A stretch of DNA of 64,000 nt, from assembly GCA_963663805.2 (NCBI GenBank), contig CAXXMR010000013.1:64001-128000 (forward strand). The letters run 5' to 3'. Shown here one piece after another: positions 8,804-19,008 of this stretch (position 1 is its first letter; each line of letters opens with the position of its first letter). This DNA comes from Sedimentisphaerales bacterium (GTDB lineage: Bacteria > Planctomycetota > Phycisphaerae > Sedimentisphaerales > SM23-30). The notes under the pieces were generated by a model, which was not told the origin of the DNA, did not search any database, and was given only the letters and a program-made list of their open reading frames with translations. The position numbers and the translations under genes are program-made.

Positions 8804-9916
8804 TTATTTTTTTGGGCTGAGGTTAGCGGTTAATTGTTTTAATATGGGTAAGGCGTGGTCGAAGAACATCCGGTAACCTTCGCAAAGATAGCTGGGGTCG
8901 GAATAGCACTGGTTAATGGTAATGCGGTCTTTGGGGCATCCGCCGCGGCAGATTTGGGAATGGCGGCAGGTTACACATTTGTTGGCGAGGTCACGTTTGT
9001 TTTTAGAGAATTTTTTCTTAACGTGGTTGTCGAAAAGTTTGTCGATGGTAGTTTCATGTAGTGAGCCGAGCAGCCATTCGGGCTGTACGAAGAAATCGCA
9101 GCAGTAGGCCTGGCCGGTATGTTCGATGACGATATAATCGTTGCAGCGGGGCATGAAACTACAGTTGGTGTGGTGGCCGGTGAGGATGTAGTTCATGATG
9201 GAGTCGAAGAGGCGTACGCTCAGGCGGGTGGGGCCGTACTCGAGCCAGCGGTCGAAAATGCGGGACATGAAACGGCCATACTGTTCGGGGCTGACGCAGA
9301 AGTGGGCTAGTTGGCCGGTGTAGGGGTCGTTTTCGACGCAGGGGACAAACTGGAGGAAATCAATACCGAGCGAGGTGAAGAAGTCGAATAGTTCGTCGGG
9401 ATGGTCGGCATTAAGGTTGTTGAGCAGGACGAGAATATTAAATTCGACTTTATGTTTTTTGCAGCAGGCGATGGCGTCCATTACTTTTTGCCAGGTGCCG
9501 CGGTCGGCGTGGTTGCGGCGATACTGGTCGTGGTATTTCTGAGGGCCGTCGAGGCTGATGCCGACGAGCCATTTGTATTCATGGAGGAACGAGCACCATT
9601 GGTCGTCGAGCAGAACAGCATTGGTTTGGAGGGCGTTGCTGATGACCTGTCCGTCGGCACCGTATTTTTTTTGGAGTTCGATAGTTTTTTTGTAGAAGTC
9701 AAGTCCCATAAGAGTTGGCTCTCCGCCCTGGAAGGCGAAGCTGGAAACTTCAAAGCGGAGGGCGAGGTAGTCTTTGACCATTTTTTCGAGCGTTTCTTCG
9801 GACATGCGATGTTGGCCGGTGCCGAACATATCGGTTTTGCGAGTGTAGAAGCAATATTTGCAATTGAGGTTGCAGTCGGGGCCGGACGGTTTGATGAGGA
9901 GTGTGAATGGTCGCAT
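8804..9916 (-). CDS. anaerobic sulfatase maturase (radical SAM/SPASM)
   Basis: IKPSGPDCNLNCKYCFY, QGGEPTL, SLDGP; Cys-rich SPASM ending CRGGCPK. Confidence 0.92.
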   Translation of the reverse strand: MRPFTLLIKPSGPDCNLNCKYCFYTRKTDMFGTGQHRMSEETLEKMVKDYLALRFEVSSFAFQGGEPTLMGLDFYKKTIELQKKYGADGQVISNALQTNAVLLDDQWCSFLHEYKWLVGISLDGPQKYHDQYRRNHADRGTWQKVMDAIACCKKHKVEFNILVLLNNLNADHPDELFDFFTSLGIDFLQFVPCVENDPYTGQLAHFCVSPEQYGRFMSRIFDRWLEYGPTRLSVRLFDSIMNYILTGHHTNCSFMPRCNDYIVIEHTGQAYCCDFFVQPEWLLGSLHETTIDKLFDNHVKKKFSKNKRDLANKCVTCRHSQICRGGCPKDRITINQCYSDPSYLCEGYRMFFDHALPILKQLTANLSPKK

Positions 9917-9923
9917 TTTATTT

Positions 9924-10829
9924 TCAGTTTGGGGTTGGAGTGGTGAAGGTTAACTGAAATATTTTTACAAAGATGAGCATCAGGGCGGCGAGTATTACGA
10001 GGATGAAGTATTTTTTTATTTTGTGTTCGTTGATGCTGAGTCCGACGTGGGTGCCGACGTGGGTGCCGACGATACCGCCGACGAGCATGACGGCCCAGAG
10101 CCAGATTGAAATTTGGCCCGCCTGCCATTTTAGTCCGACGGCGATAAGGGCGGATATCATTACCAGCAGCAGACTGGTCCCGGCGGCTTGAGCGGGTCTT
10201 TGGCCGGCCAGGTAAATCAGAGCGGGCAACAGCACTACACCGCCGCCGACACCGAGCAGGGCAGAAAGTATGCCGACGCAAAAACCAATCAGCAGCAGCG
10301 GGATGACTGGCAGGGTCTGGTCGGGCAGGGACGAATATTTGGTGTAGGGGGGGATTTTGATGCGGGCGAACAGGCCGGATTTTTCATCGGTGTCGGATTG
10401 GGGCAGATTTTTTTTCTGGTCGTAGAACATAAACCCGGCGATCCAGGCCAGGAGGATAACAAAGGCCCAGAGCAGAACATATTCTACGGTGTTGACTTGT
10501 TGGCCGCGTATGGTGAGCGGGGGCATCTGGTCGAGTTTTTCGATGAGATTTTGGCCGAGGAAAACTCCAGAGATACTGCCGGCGGCGATGGTCAGGGCGA
10601 GCTTGACATCGACGGTGCCGGAACCGCGCCGGCGCATCATGCCGAATCCGCTGGTGACCAGAAATGTGGCCATGCCGGTGCCTACCGCGACGGGCATAGG
10701 AGCGCCCAGCAGGATGGCCAGGGCGGGGGTGATGAGGAATCCGCCACCAATGCCGAAGATTCCGGTGAGGAACCCAACGGCCAGGGCAATCATAAAGCCC
10801 CCGATAAATGCTATAATTGTAAATTCCAT
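9924..10829 (-). CDS. TauE/SafE (TSUP) family membrane transporter
   Basis: Duplicated GIGGGF...AVGT and GVGGG...AAGTS motifs, multiple TM segments. Confidence 0.88.
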   Translation of the reverse strand: MEFTIIAFIGGFMIALAVGFLTGIFGIGGGFLITPALAILLGAPMPVAVGTGMATFLVTSGFGMMRRRGSGTVDVKLALTIAAGSISGVFLGQNLIEKLDQMPPLTIRGQQVNTVEYVLLWAFVILLAWIAGFMFYDQKKNLPQSDTDEKSGLFARIKIPPYTKYSSLPDQTLPVIPLLLIGFCVGILSALLGVGGGVVLLPALIYLAGQRPAQAAGTSLLLVMISALIAVGLKWQAGQISIWLWAVMLVGGIVGTHVGTHVGLSINEHKIKKYFILVILAALMLIFVKIFQLTFTTPTPN

Positions 10830-10927
10830 ATCTCTCAGTATATTAACGGTTTATTTGCCCGATAACATACCATAGGGAATTGCTGGCGTAAAATCTATGG
10901 AAAAATAACTGGTGTTCAGCGTTATGG

Positions 10928-12061
10928 TCAGGGGCAGGTTCTTCCCACAGCAAAGCCCATTCCGGTGGTATAACCCTTGCCGGCCTGACCGAACCAGTTG
11001 CCGGTGTACCACATGTGATATTCATCGGCCTGCTTGATTACCATGGGGTAGGATCGCTGGATGTCGTCGAAATTTCCCGGCTGGCCTATCCCGCCGGTGC
11101 TGGGTAAATCGGCATCTTCGAAAAACCATTCGTCTTGGAAAGTCCAGTTCAGGGCGTCGGTACTGGTCAGGCTGCGAACGCGATACCTAATGCCCAAAGC
11201 CCCGCACCACATACGGTATCCCTTACCGTCTTTGATGACCCAGGGTTTGCTGAGAAGGTATTCGTAATATTCCTGATGGAATCCGCGGGCGGTTGCGGCC
11301 CAGCGGTTGAGCGGATAGTACCAGTTGATGCCGTCTTTTGACTCAGCGTATCCGATGCCGACCGAGGGAATCTTATCGCTGAAGGCGGCGTGGAAGCTGA
11401 GAGATTTTGCCTGAGCGGGAGGTTCTTTGTATTCCGCGAAGGAGGTGAAATAGGCCCGGAAAATATCTCCGTCACGAAGAACGCAGACACTGCCGGTGCC
11501 TTCCTTATTCCACCATTCTGTGTGAGGGAAAATCGGTTCGTCGCTGTAATATTGCCAGGTCTTTCCCTGGTCCTGGCTGGTGACCAGATGGGTGGCGTAG
11601 GGCAGTTTTCCGTCAGGCCGGGCGGTGCCCCAGGTGCAGACATACATCAGCCAGGGGCCGTCATCCTGAGGAATAACCTGAGCATAGCAGGGGCCCTGAG
11701 AGTTATGGGGCTTGTCTGGTTGGCGTTCAAGTACTATTCCCTTGGCTTTCCATGCCGTAGGGTTGCTGATGGGAGCTTCTGCCTGGGCGATGTAATAATG
11801 GCCGTTGTTATCCTCGGCCCAATAGTACATGCGGTAGATGTCGCCGAGTTGGAGGACTGAACAGCAACTGACTCGTTTGGCGTCGAAGTCTCCGTGGAGT
11901 TGTCCGGGAGTGATGACCGGGTTCTGTTTTGAAAAATGCCATTTGATAGGCAGGGCGTAACTTTGTGAGCTGCCTTGGTTTAGCGGGTGGCAGGACAGGC
12001 AGATCGAGGATGTCAGGACGATTAATATGCATGAAATGAGATTTTTAGATATGTTTTTCAT
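10928..12061 (-). CDS. lipoprotein, beta-propeller glycoside-hydrolase-like (GH43/32/130-like)
   Basis: MKNISK..ICLSC lipobox-like; repeated YRMYY/YRMWC/YHMWY and SxDGxxW blades; ORF open to 12235. Confidence 0.6.
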   Translation of the reverse strand: MKNISKNLISCILIVLTSSICLSCHPLNQGSSQSYALPIKWHFSKQNPVITPGQLHGDFDAKRVSCCSVLQLGDIYRMYYWAEDNNGHYYIAQAEAPISNPTAWKAKGIVLERQPDKPHNSQGPCYAQVIPQDDGPWLMYVCTWGTARPDGKLPYATHLVTSQDQGKTWQYYSDEPIFPHTEWWNKEGTGSVCVLRDGDIFRAYFTSFAEYKEPPAQAKSLSFHAAFSDKIPSVGIGYAESKDGINWYYPLNRWAATARGFHQEYYEYLLSKPWVIKDGKGYRMWCGALGIRYRVRSLTSTDALNWTFQDEWFFEDADLPSTGGIGQPGNFDDIQRSYPMVIKQADEYHMWYTGNWFGQAGKGYTTGMGFAVGRTCP

Positions 12062-12206
12062 ATTCGCCTTTAGCTGAAAAGTGGGTTTATATTGCCAGTA
12101 TTTACTGTTTTTTCTTAATAATTTGACATTATTATAATCAATATATGAGATTATTTCAATGCTAATCTGTCCCCAAAGGTTTTCTTTCTGACTAGTCGGG
12201 GTTTGT

Positions 12207-12235
12207 TTGACAGTTAGCAGGTGGCCGCTTATCAT
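12207..12235 (+). promoter_or_regulatory. sigma70 promoter of tmk operon
   Basis: TTGACA-17-TATCAT, ending 7 nt before ATG 12242. Confidence 0.65.
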
Positions 12236-12241
12236 GCCCCG

Positions 12242-12874
12242 ATGGATTTTTCGTGGTTAAAAGGTAGATTTCTGGTGTTGGACGGCCCGGATGGGTGCGG
12301 TAAGAGTACGCAGGCACAGAAGTTAGCGGATGAGTGTCGTCGGTCGGGGGTTGAACCGTTGACATTGCGTGACCCAGGTGGTACGGCCATTGGCGAACGT
12401 ATTCGCGCGATTTTGCTGGACCGGGAACATTCTGAGATGTGCGCGCGGACGGAATTGCTGCTTTATATGGCCAGTCGAGCCCAGCTTTATGATGAGTGTA
12501 TCAGGCCGGCTCTGGAGAAGGGGCAGTGCGTCATTTGTGACCGGTGGATTTCGAGTACCTACGCTTATCAGGCGGTGGCGGGCAAGGTCGGGGTTGATAA
12601 TCTGCTCAATATCGCCGAAATCGCTCTGGAACGGACCTGGCCTGACGTAACTATTATAATAGATGTGCCCAGCGATAAGGCGTTCGAGCGGATTGACCGG
12701 GAGCTGGACCGGATGGAGGCCAAGGGTTTGGATTTTCACCGGGCGGTGCGGGACGGCTTCCTTGAGCTGGCCGGTCGGCGTAAGGGGGACTTCGCGGTGG
12801 TGGATGGTTCAGCGACTATAGACGAAGTTCACGGGCGGATTTGTGAGGTGCTGAGTCGTCATGTCGATATTTGA
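12242..12874 (+). CDS. tmk: thymidylate kinase
   Basis: DGPDGCGKST P-loop, RDPGGT, ICDRWISSTYAYQ, DRME. Confidence 0.95.
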   Translation: MDFSWLKGRFLVLDGPDGCGKSTQAQKLADECRRSGVEPLTLRDPGGTAIGERIRAILLDREHSEMCARTELLLYMASRAQLYDECIRPALEKGQCVICDRWISSTYAYQAVAGKVGVDNLLNIAEIALERTWPDVTIIIDVPSDKAFERIDRELDRMEAKGLDFHRAVRDGFLELAGRRKGDFAVVDGSATIDEVHGRICEVLSRHVDI

Positions 12875-13955
12875 GGTACAAGGCCAGGGGCGGGCAATTG
12901 AACAGTTGCAGCGGGCGATGCGGGCTGAGCGGGTGGCCCAAAGCTACATTTTTCACGGCCCCGAAGGGGTGGGCAAGGCTCTGTCGGCGGTACAGTGGGC
13001 AAAATTGCTGCTCTGTGCCCGGCCGGTGACGCGGACAAGCGAGTTTGGCCCGGTGTGGGACTGCTGCGATGAGTGCCATGAATGCCAGCTGGTCGCCAGC
13101 GGTGGTCATCCCGATTTGCATATAATCAGCCGGTCGTCGAACAAGTATGTAAAGGATAAATCAAAGCGAGACAGGCAGTTACGTGATTTACCGATTGATA
13201 TTATCCGGGAATTTGTGATAGTTCCGGCGGGGGTGCAGCCCAGCCGGGGTCGGGCCCGGGTTTTTGTGATAGATGAGGCTGAGCGGATGAATAATCAGGC
13301 TCAGAATTCTATATTGAAGACGCTGGAAGAGCCGCCGGCCAATGCGTATCTGGTGCTGGTGACCTCCAGGCCGGACCGGTTTCTGCCGACGATTCATTCG
13401 CGGTGTCAGTCGGTGCGGTTTGGTCCTTTGGGACGGGAATTTATTACGGGCAAGCTGGTTGAGGCGGGCGCGTCGGCTGAGGCGGCGGGGTATTGGGCGA
13501 ATTTTTCCGGAGGGAGGCTGGGGATGGCCCTGAATCTGAGTGGTTCGGTGCTGGGCGAGGTTCGGAGTGATTTATTAAGTCGTTTGTCGGCAGTTGATTA
13601 TGATACGGCTTTGGAGATGGCCGGCTGGCTGGTTGATGTGGGTAAGAAGTATGGCGATTCTCTAAAGGATGAAACTGAGCAATCGGGCGCGGAGAACACT
13701 CGCGATGGTCAGATACTACTTATGGAGATGATGATTCATGGTTTCAGTCTGGCCTTGCGTGAGGCGGCCGGCGTTGACGTGAGCGGGGCAGGTGAGCGGG
13801 ACTCGGTGTCTAAACTGGCCGGGCGGTTCGGCAGTTACGGTGCCAGCGAGGCGATTCGGGCGACGGCACGGGCTCAGGGGCAGTTGTACGCTAACGTAAA
13901 TGCCACTTTGCTTTTCGAGTCATTGCTGTTAGAGTATACGTCTAATGGCAGGTAA
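12861..13955 (+). CDS. holB: DNA polymerase III delta' subunit
   Basis: GPEGVGK, Zn cysteines, HPD, NSILKTLEEPP, TIHSRC; overlaps tmk. Confidence 0.92.
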   Translation: MSIFEVQGQGRAIEQLQRAMRAERVAQSYIFHGPEGVGKALSAVQWAKLLLCARPVTRTSEFGPVWDCCDECHECQLVASGGHPDLHIISRSSNKYVKDKSKRDRQLRDLPIDIIREFVIVPAGVQPSRGRARVFVIDEAERMNNQAQNSILKTLEEPPANAYLVLVTSRPDRFLPTIHSRCQSVRFGPLGREFITGKLVEAGASAEAAGYWANFSGGRLGMALNLSGSVLGEVRSDLLSRLSAVDYDTALEMAGWLVDVGKKYGDSLKDETEQSGAENTRDGQILLMEMMIHGFSLALREAAGVDVSGAGERDSVSKLAGRFGSYGASEAIRATARAQGQLYANVNATLLFESLLLEYTSNGR

Positions 13956-14000
13956 GAGGCATAAGGCAAGAGTGACACTTGTCCGGTTTCGGCCTTGGTC
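13942..14000 (+). repeat. heptamer-repeat dispersed element, copy 3
   Basis: taatggc aggtaag aggcata aggcaag agtgacacttgtccggtttcggccttgg. Confidence 0.65.
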
Positions 14001-14096
14001 CGAGAGTGATTTGTGGTCGTGTTGCTCACGCTCCACGCTTTTCAGGATTTGGTGCGGTGTTTTACATCCGGTTAGAGATTTTGAGACGAGATTATA

Positions 14097-15343
14097 ATGG
14101 ATAATGACAATAATAGTGCGAATGAGCAGGAACATCAGGACGCTGGGCCGGTCGCGCAAGGGGAGGCGGACGAGTCTGTCAAGAATGAACATGAGCATAA
14201 GCCTGAGCGAGGGCGAGGGTGGTAAGGGCGAAGGGCAAACGCCGTACGGTTCTGGTTCGTTATGGCAAGATGGGTAATATTGGTTTGTTTCGCCATTCGG
14301 AACGTGAGATCCCGCCGACTTCGAACTGGGTGATTGTCAATACTGAGCGGGGGTTGGAGATGGGCCATGTTGTTTCGGCGTGTTTTCATCAGCGGGGTAC
14401 GTGCGGGGCTTTCGGATGAACGCGTCGAGGAATACTGCAAGAGCAGCGGCAATGATTATCCCTTGAATATGCCAGGGGCGTTTTGTGCGGTTTGGCGACG
14501 GAGCAGGACCTTAACGAACAGCGTCATCTGGAAAAAGGGGCGGTAGAAGAAGCGACGTACTGTCGGGGAACAGATAGAGAAACATGAACTGCCGATGGAC
14601 CTGGTCGATGTCGAGCATTTGTTCGGGGGCGACCGGATAATATATTATTTCATGTCGGACGGCAGGGTTGATTTTCGAGCGTTGGTGGCGGGAGCTGGCT
14701 CATCGGTATCAGACGCGTATTGAGATGCGTCAGGTGGGTGCCCGCGACGAGGCTCGTCTTTTGGCGGATTACGAAACCTGTGGTCAGCCTTGCTGCTGCC
14801 GGGTGTTTTTGAAGGTATTGCAGCCGGTGAATATGCGTATGGCCAAGCTGCAAAAGGCGACCCTTGACCCGACGAAGATTTCCGGTCGGTGCGGGCGGTT
14901 GAAGTGCTGCCTGCGTTATGAGGACCAGGTTTATACCGAGCTGGCGAAGAAGCTGCCGGCGTCGCAATATGCGGGTGCTGACCTCGGAAGGGGCCGGTGT
15001 AATTATTGGGGGACAGGTGCTAACGCAACTGGTTGAGATAGTGCTGGATGATAACCGTCGTATCGCGATAAGTGTGGATGAGATTTTGGAGAAAGACTAT
15101 AAGCCGGGTGAACAGGTTGAGCGTCCTGTGGAGGTCCAGTCTCGTCAGCGTCGTCCGGAAAGACGCAGCGCAGAGACGAAACCTGCCGAGGAACAGCCTG
15201 CCGTTCAGACCGAAGGCTCTGATGGTCAGGAGCAGCCGAAGAAAAAACGTCGGCGTCGCCGGCGTAAACGCAAGGATGACGGCGGCGGTGAGGATAATGG
15301 CGGCGGGCAGAACGGCTCGTCGGACAACAGTGAGAATGCTTGA
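14097..15343 (+). CDS. PSP1/RicT(YaaT)-family protein, split by several apparent 1-bp insertions
   Basis: Fragments carry VIVNTERGLEMG, RIEMRQVGARDEA, CGQPCCC, ISGRCGRLKCCLRYE; tmk-holB-PSP1-metG synteny. Confidence 0.85.
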
Positions 15344-15363
15344 GTTGAAGGGTGATTGTTGAT

Positions 15364-17385
15364 ATGGCCAGAAGAAATGCTAGTTACGGCAGCTTTGCCT
15401 TACGCCAATGGTTCGATACATATCGGGCATCTGGTGGAATATATCCAGACGGACATTTGGGTGCGGTTTCAGAAGTCGCGGGGCAATGACTGCGTGTTCT
15501 GCTGTGCCGATGATACGCACGGAACACCGATAATGATAAGCGCTCGCAAGAAGGGCATAACACCCGAAGAGCTGGTCAGCAAGATGCACGATGAGCATCA
15601 GCGTGATTTTGACGGGTTCGGGGTTGAGTTTGATAATTATTATACGACTCATTCGCCGGAGAACCGGGTTTTGAGTGAGCAGATATACAACAGTCTGAAG
15701 AGAGGCGGCCATATCGAAACTCGCGAGGTTGAGCAGGCGTACTGCGAAAAAGACGCGATGTTTCTGCCCGACCGTTTTATTCGCGGAGTATGTCCGCGTT
15801 GCGGGGCGGAGGACCAGTATGGCGATTCCTGCGAATCGTGTAACTCGACCTATACGCCGACGGAACTGAAAAACGCCGCTTGCAGTATTTGCGGGACGGC
15901 ACCGGTGCGGCGGGAGTCCAAACATTATTTTTTCAAGCTGGGCGACTTTGGCTCGCAGTTGCAGGAGTGGATTGGGGCCGGTCATGTGCATGACCAGGTG
16001 GCTAATAAGTTGCAGGAGTGGTTTTGAGCATTGGGCCTGCGCGACTGGGATATTTCGCGGGACGCTCCCTATTTTGGTTTTGAGATACCGGGCGAGAAGG
16101 ATAAGTATTTTTATGTCTGGCTGGACGCCCCGATTGGTTATATCGCCAGTACGAAAAATTATTGCGAGCGGACGGGACGGAATTTTGATGATTACTGGCT
16201 GAACGAGGGGACTGAGATACATCATTTCATCGGTAAGCGACATAACGTATTTTCACGCTTTGTTCTGGCCGGCGATGCTGATGGGTTCGGGTTTTAATAC
16301 GCCGACATCAGTTGGCGATACATGGTTTTCTTACCGTTAATGGTGAGAAGATGAGTAAGTCGCGCGGTACTTTTATTAACGCCGCGAGTTATCTCAAGCA
16401 CCTCGACCCGCAATATCTGCGTTATTATTACGCCTGCAAGATGGGGCCAGGCACGGAAGATATCGATTTGAATATTGAGGATTTTGCCGCTCGCGTTAAT
16501 AGCGACCTGGTCGGCAAGCTCGCCAACCTCGCTTCGCGTTCGGTGCCGATGCTGACGAAGAAGCTGGATGGAAAACTAGGGCCTCTTTCTGATGAAGGTC
16601 GTTCGATAGTGGGTCAGTTGCAGGAAGCAGCGGCAGAAATTGCTGATAATTTCGAAAAGCGTTGTTTTGCTTCCGCGGTTCGCAGGATTTGTGCTTTAGC
16701 GGATGTGGTCAATCGTTATGTTGACGACCGCAAGCCGTGGGCGGCGATTAAGGAAGATGCCGAAAACGCTCGTGAAACGATTACGACAGTACTGAACGCG
16801 GTGCGGATTCTGACGGTGTATCTTAAACCTGTACTGCCGGATTATGCTGCCCGGATTGAGCGGATTCTGGGGGTTGAGCCTTTGGTCTGGGCGGACGCTG
16901 AGACGGTGCTGGGGGCGGGTCATCAGGTAAATGAATTTGAACGTTTAATTGAACGAGTTGATTTAGATAAGGTTAAAGAAATGATCGAAGAAAGCAAAGA
17001 GCAGCAGCAGAACGAAGAAGTCAAAACCCCCGGCCCGCTGGACGAGGAACCGCTGGCAGATGTGATTAGCTTTGATGATTTCATTAAAGTTGATTTGCGT
17101 GTTGCCCGCGTTGCCAAAGTTGAGCCGGTCGAAGGTGCCGACAAACTGCTGCGTTTCGAGCTGGATTTGGGCGGCGAGACACGTCATGTATTGGGCGGTT
17201 TCAGCAAGGCCTATAAGCCCGAAGAACTACAAGGTAAACTCGTGATAATGGCGGCGAATCTGGCACCGCGTAAGATGCGATTTGGTGTCTCGGAAGGTAT
17301 GATTCTGGCGGCGGGACCGGGCGGCTCGGAGGTTTTCGCCCTGACGGTTGACCAGGGAGCTCAGCCGGGCCAGCGGGTACACTGA
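15364..17385 (+). CDS. metG: methionine-tRNA ligase with C-terminal tRNA-binding domain; interrupted by frameshifts and an in-frame TGA (likely errors)
   Basis: [13 protein letters not shown], Zn knuckles, [43 protein letters not shown]. Confidence 0.93.
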
Positions 17386-17391
17386 TAATTT

Positions 17392-17772
17392 ATGGACACA
17401 CCGAACAGGTCAATCGAAGAAGTTATTCTGGAGGACGGACGTTACCCGCTGGAGGCGGTGCAGTTTGTACGGGCGGGGCTCAATTATACCGTACAGCAGG
17501 TCTACAAAAAACAGGGACAGTCTGAGCGGAGGCATATCAGCGGCGAACAACTCTGTATGGGGCTGCGTGATTTGGCGCGGCAGAAGTGGGGGATGCTGGC
17601 GGGCTCGGTGCTGGGCCAGTGGAATATTCACGGCACGAAAGATTTCGGCGAGATAGTTTTTCTGCTGGTGGAAACGGGGTGGATGCAGAAACAACCCAGC
17701 GACTGCCGCGAGGATTTCGATGGAATCTACGATTTCGATGATGAGTTCGGCAGCGATTTCGAGTTAGAGTAA
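17392..17772 (+). CDS. Minf_1886-type conserved Planctomycetes/Verrucomicrobia protein
   Basis: DGRYPLEAVQFV, RHISGEQLC, WNIHGTKDFGEIVF, DCREDF. Confidence 0.75.
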   Translation: MDTPNRSIEEVILEDGRYPLEAVQFVRAGLNYTVQQVYKKQGQSERRHISGEQLCMGLRDLARQKWGMLAGSVLGQWNIHGTKDFGEIVFLLVETGWMQKQPSDCREDFDGIYDFDDEFGSDFELE

Positions 17773-17780
17773 GTCGCCGT

Positions 17781-18956
17781 TCAGTCTTTGAGGAAGAGGT
17801 AGTATAGTTTCCCTTCCTGATAGGTCATGCCGGCGATTTTTCCGGCCTGGGGGCCTATTCCCATGTAGATGTCGCAGCGGCCGGGCGCTCTGATTGCCCC
17901 GCCGGTGTCCTGGTCCAGTGCGAAGATTTTCTGGGGGATGATTTTTGTCTCACCGCCCAGATAGCGGGGCAGTTTTGAATCTACAAAGGCCAGGCAGGCG
18001 CGGGGGTAGATTGATTTATCGGTGGCGATGCTGCGGAGCTCGGTTACGGGTTCGTTGAGGCTGCCGTGGGGGTTGCCCGATGTCTGGTGGAAGAAAACAA
18101 AGCGCGGGTTGCGTTGGGTATAGGTTTTGATTTTGTCGGGGTTGTTCTTGAAGAAGTCTATCAGCGTCGAAAGCGAAAGTTTTTCCGCTGGGATGGCACC
18201 TTCCTTAATGAGGTCGTGGGCGATGCTGTGATAAGGCTGGCCATTGCCGGCGATGTAGCCGACGTCCATTAAATCGCCGTTGCCAAGGCGAATACGGCAG
18301 GAGCCCTGGACATGGGCGACGTAGACTTCGAAGGGGTCGGTGAGGTAAACGAGTTCAAGGCCGTCGAGCAGGTTTGAGTTTTCGAGCTGGGCCCGGGGCG
18401 GGTACTGCGAGAGTGAACCGTCGGGCAGGCGTCGGCCCATGATTTCACCGTTGGGGCCTTTTTCGAGGTCGGCGGGCTGTTTATACAGCGGGTACTGGTA
18501 GGTCGCGTCTTTCTGGAGCGAGCCTTTGAAGATGGGAGTGTAGTAGCCGGTAAAGAGTACGGTTCCGTTATCGTCGCAGCCAATGGATTCATAGACATCG
18601 AATTTTTGGCGGATAGCCTGGTTGAGGGCATTGCCGTGCAGGCCGGCCTTGAGCAGGCCTTTGAAGGCTTGCAGGGATTTGACGGCGTGGTTGTGGGTAA
18701 TATCCGCGTAGGGGAAGAAGTGTTTGCTGGATGGTTTAGCCAGGTAACTAAGGCTGTTGTCGATAGATTCGCTTAGTCGGTTGAGATCGTGGCAGGCGTT
18801 GGTGAAATCGGGGACGCGGGCCGGGTCGGTGATTTTACGCAGGGCAAGCTGGCCCGGTTCAAGGGGGCGAGTGTAATCTTTCTTCGGTTTTTTACAGCCG
18901 GGCAGAGCCATGAGGCCGACAATAATTGCGAACGCTAAGATACGTTTGGTGTTCAT
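17781..18956 (-). CDS. mltA: membrane-bound lytic murein transglycosylase A (lipoprotein)
   Basis: ALPGC lipobox, FTGYYTP, VQGS, NPRFVFF, RSIATD, DQDTGGAI...D 3D domain. Confidence 0.9.
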   Translation of the reverse strand: MNTKRILAFAIIVGLMALPGCKKPKKDYTRPLEPGQLALRKITDPARVPDFTNACHDLNRLSESIDNSLSYLAKPSSKHFFPYADITHNHAVKSLQAFKGLLKAGLHGNALNQAIRQKFDVYESIGCDDNGTVLFTGYYTPIFKGSLQKDATYQYPLYKQPADLEKGPNGEIMGRRLPDGSLSQYPPRAQLENSNLLDGLELVYLTDPFEVYVAHVQGSCRIRLGNGDLMDVGYIAGNGQPYHSIAHDLIKEGAIPAEKLSLSTLIDFFKNNPDKIKTYTQRNPRFVFFHQTSGNPHGSLNEPVTELRSIATDKSIYPRACLAFVDSKLPRYLGGETKIIPQKIFALDQDTGGAIRAPGRCDIYMGIGPQAGKIAGMTYQEGKLYYLFLKD

Positions 18957-19008
18957 CCCTGAACCTCCGGGAGAGTTTTATTGTTTTAGTAAAAAGGTGT
19001 CGAATACC

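Noticed and set aside
16025..16027. In-frame TGA in metG as selenocysteine or readthrough
   Set aside because: The segment is one codon longer than the usual EWFxxGL; three 1-bp insertions in an error-rich zone explain it, and no Cys is expected there.
17781..18956. MltA as a surprise in a planctomycete
   Set aside because: Peptidoglycan in Planctomycetes is established; ordinary gene.
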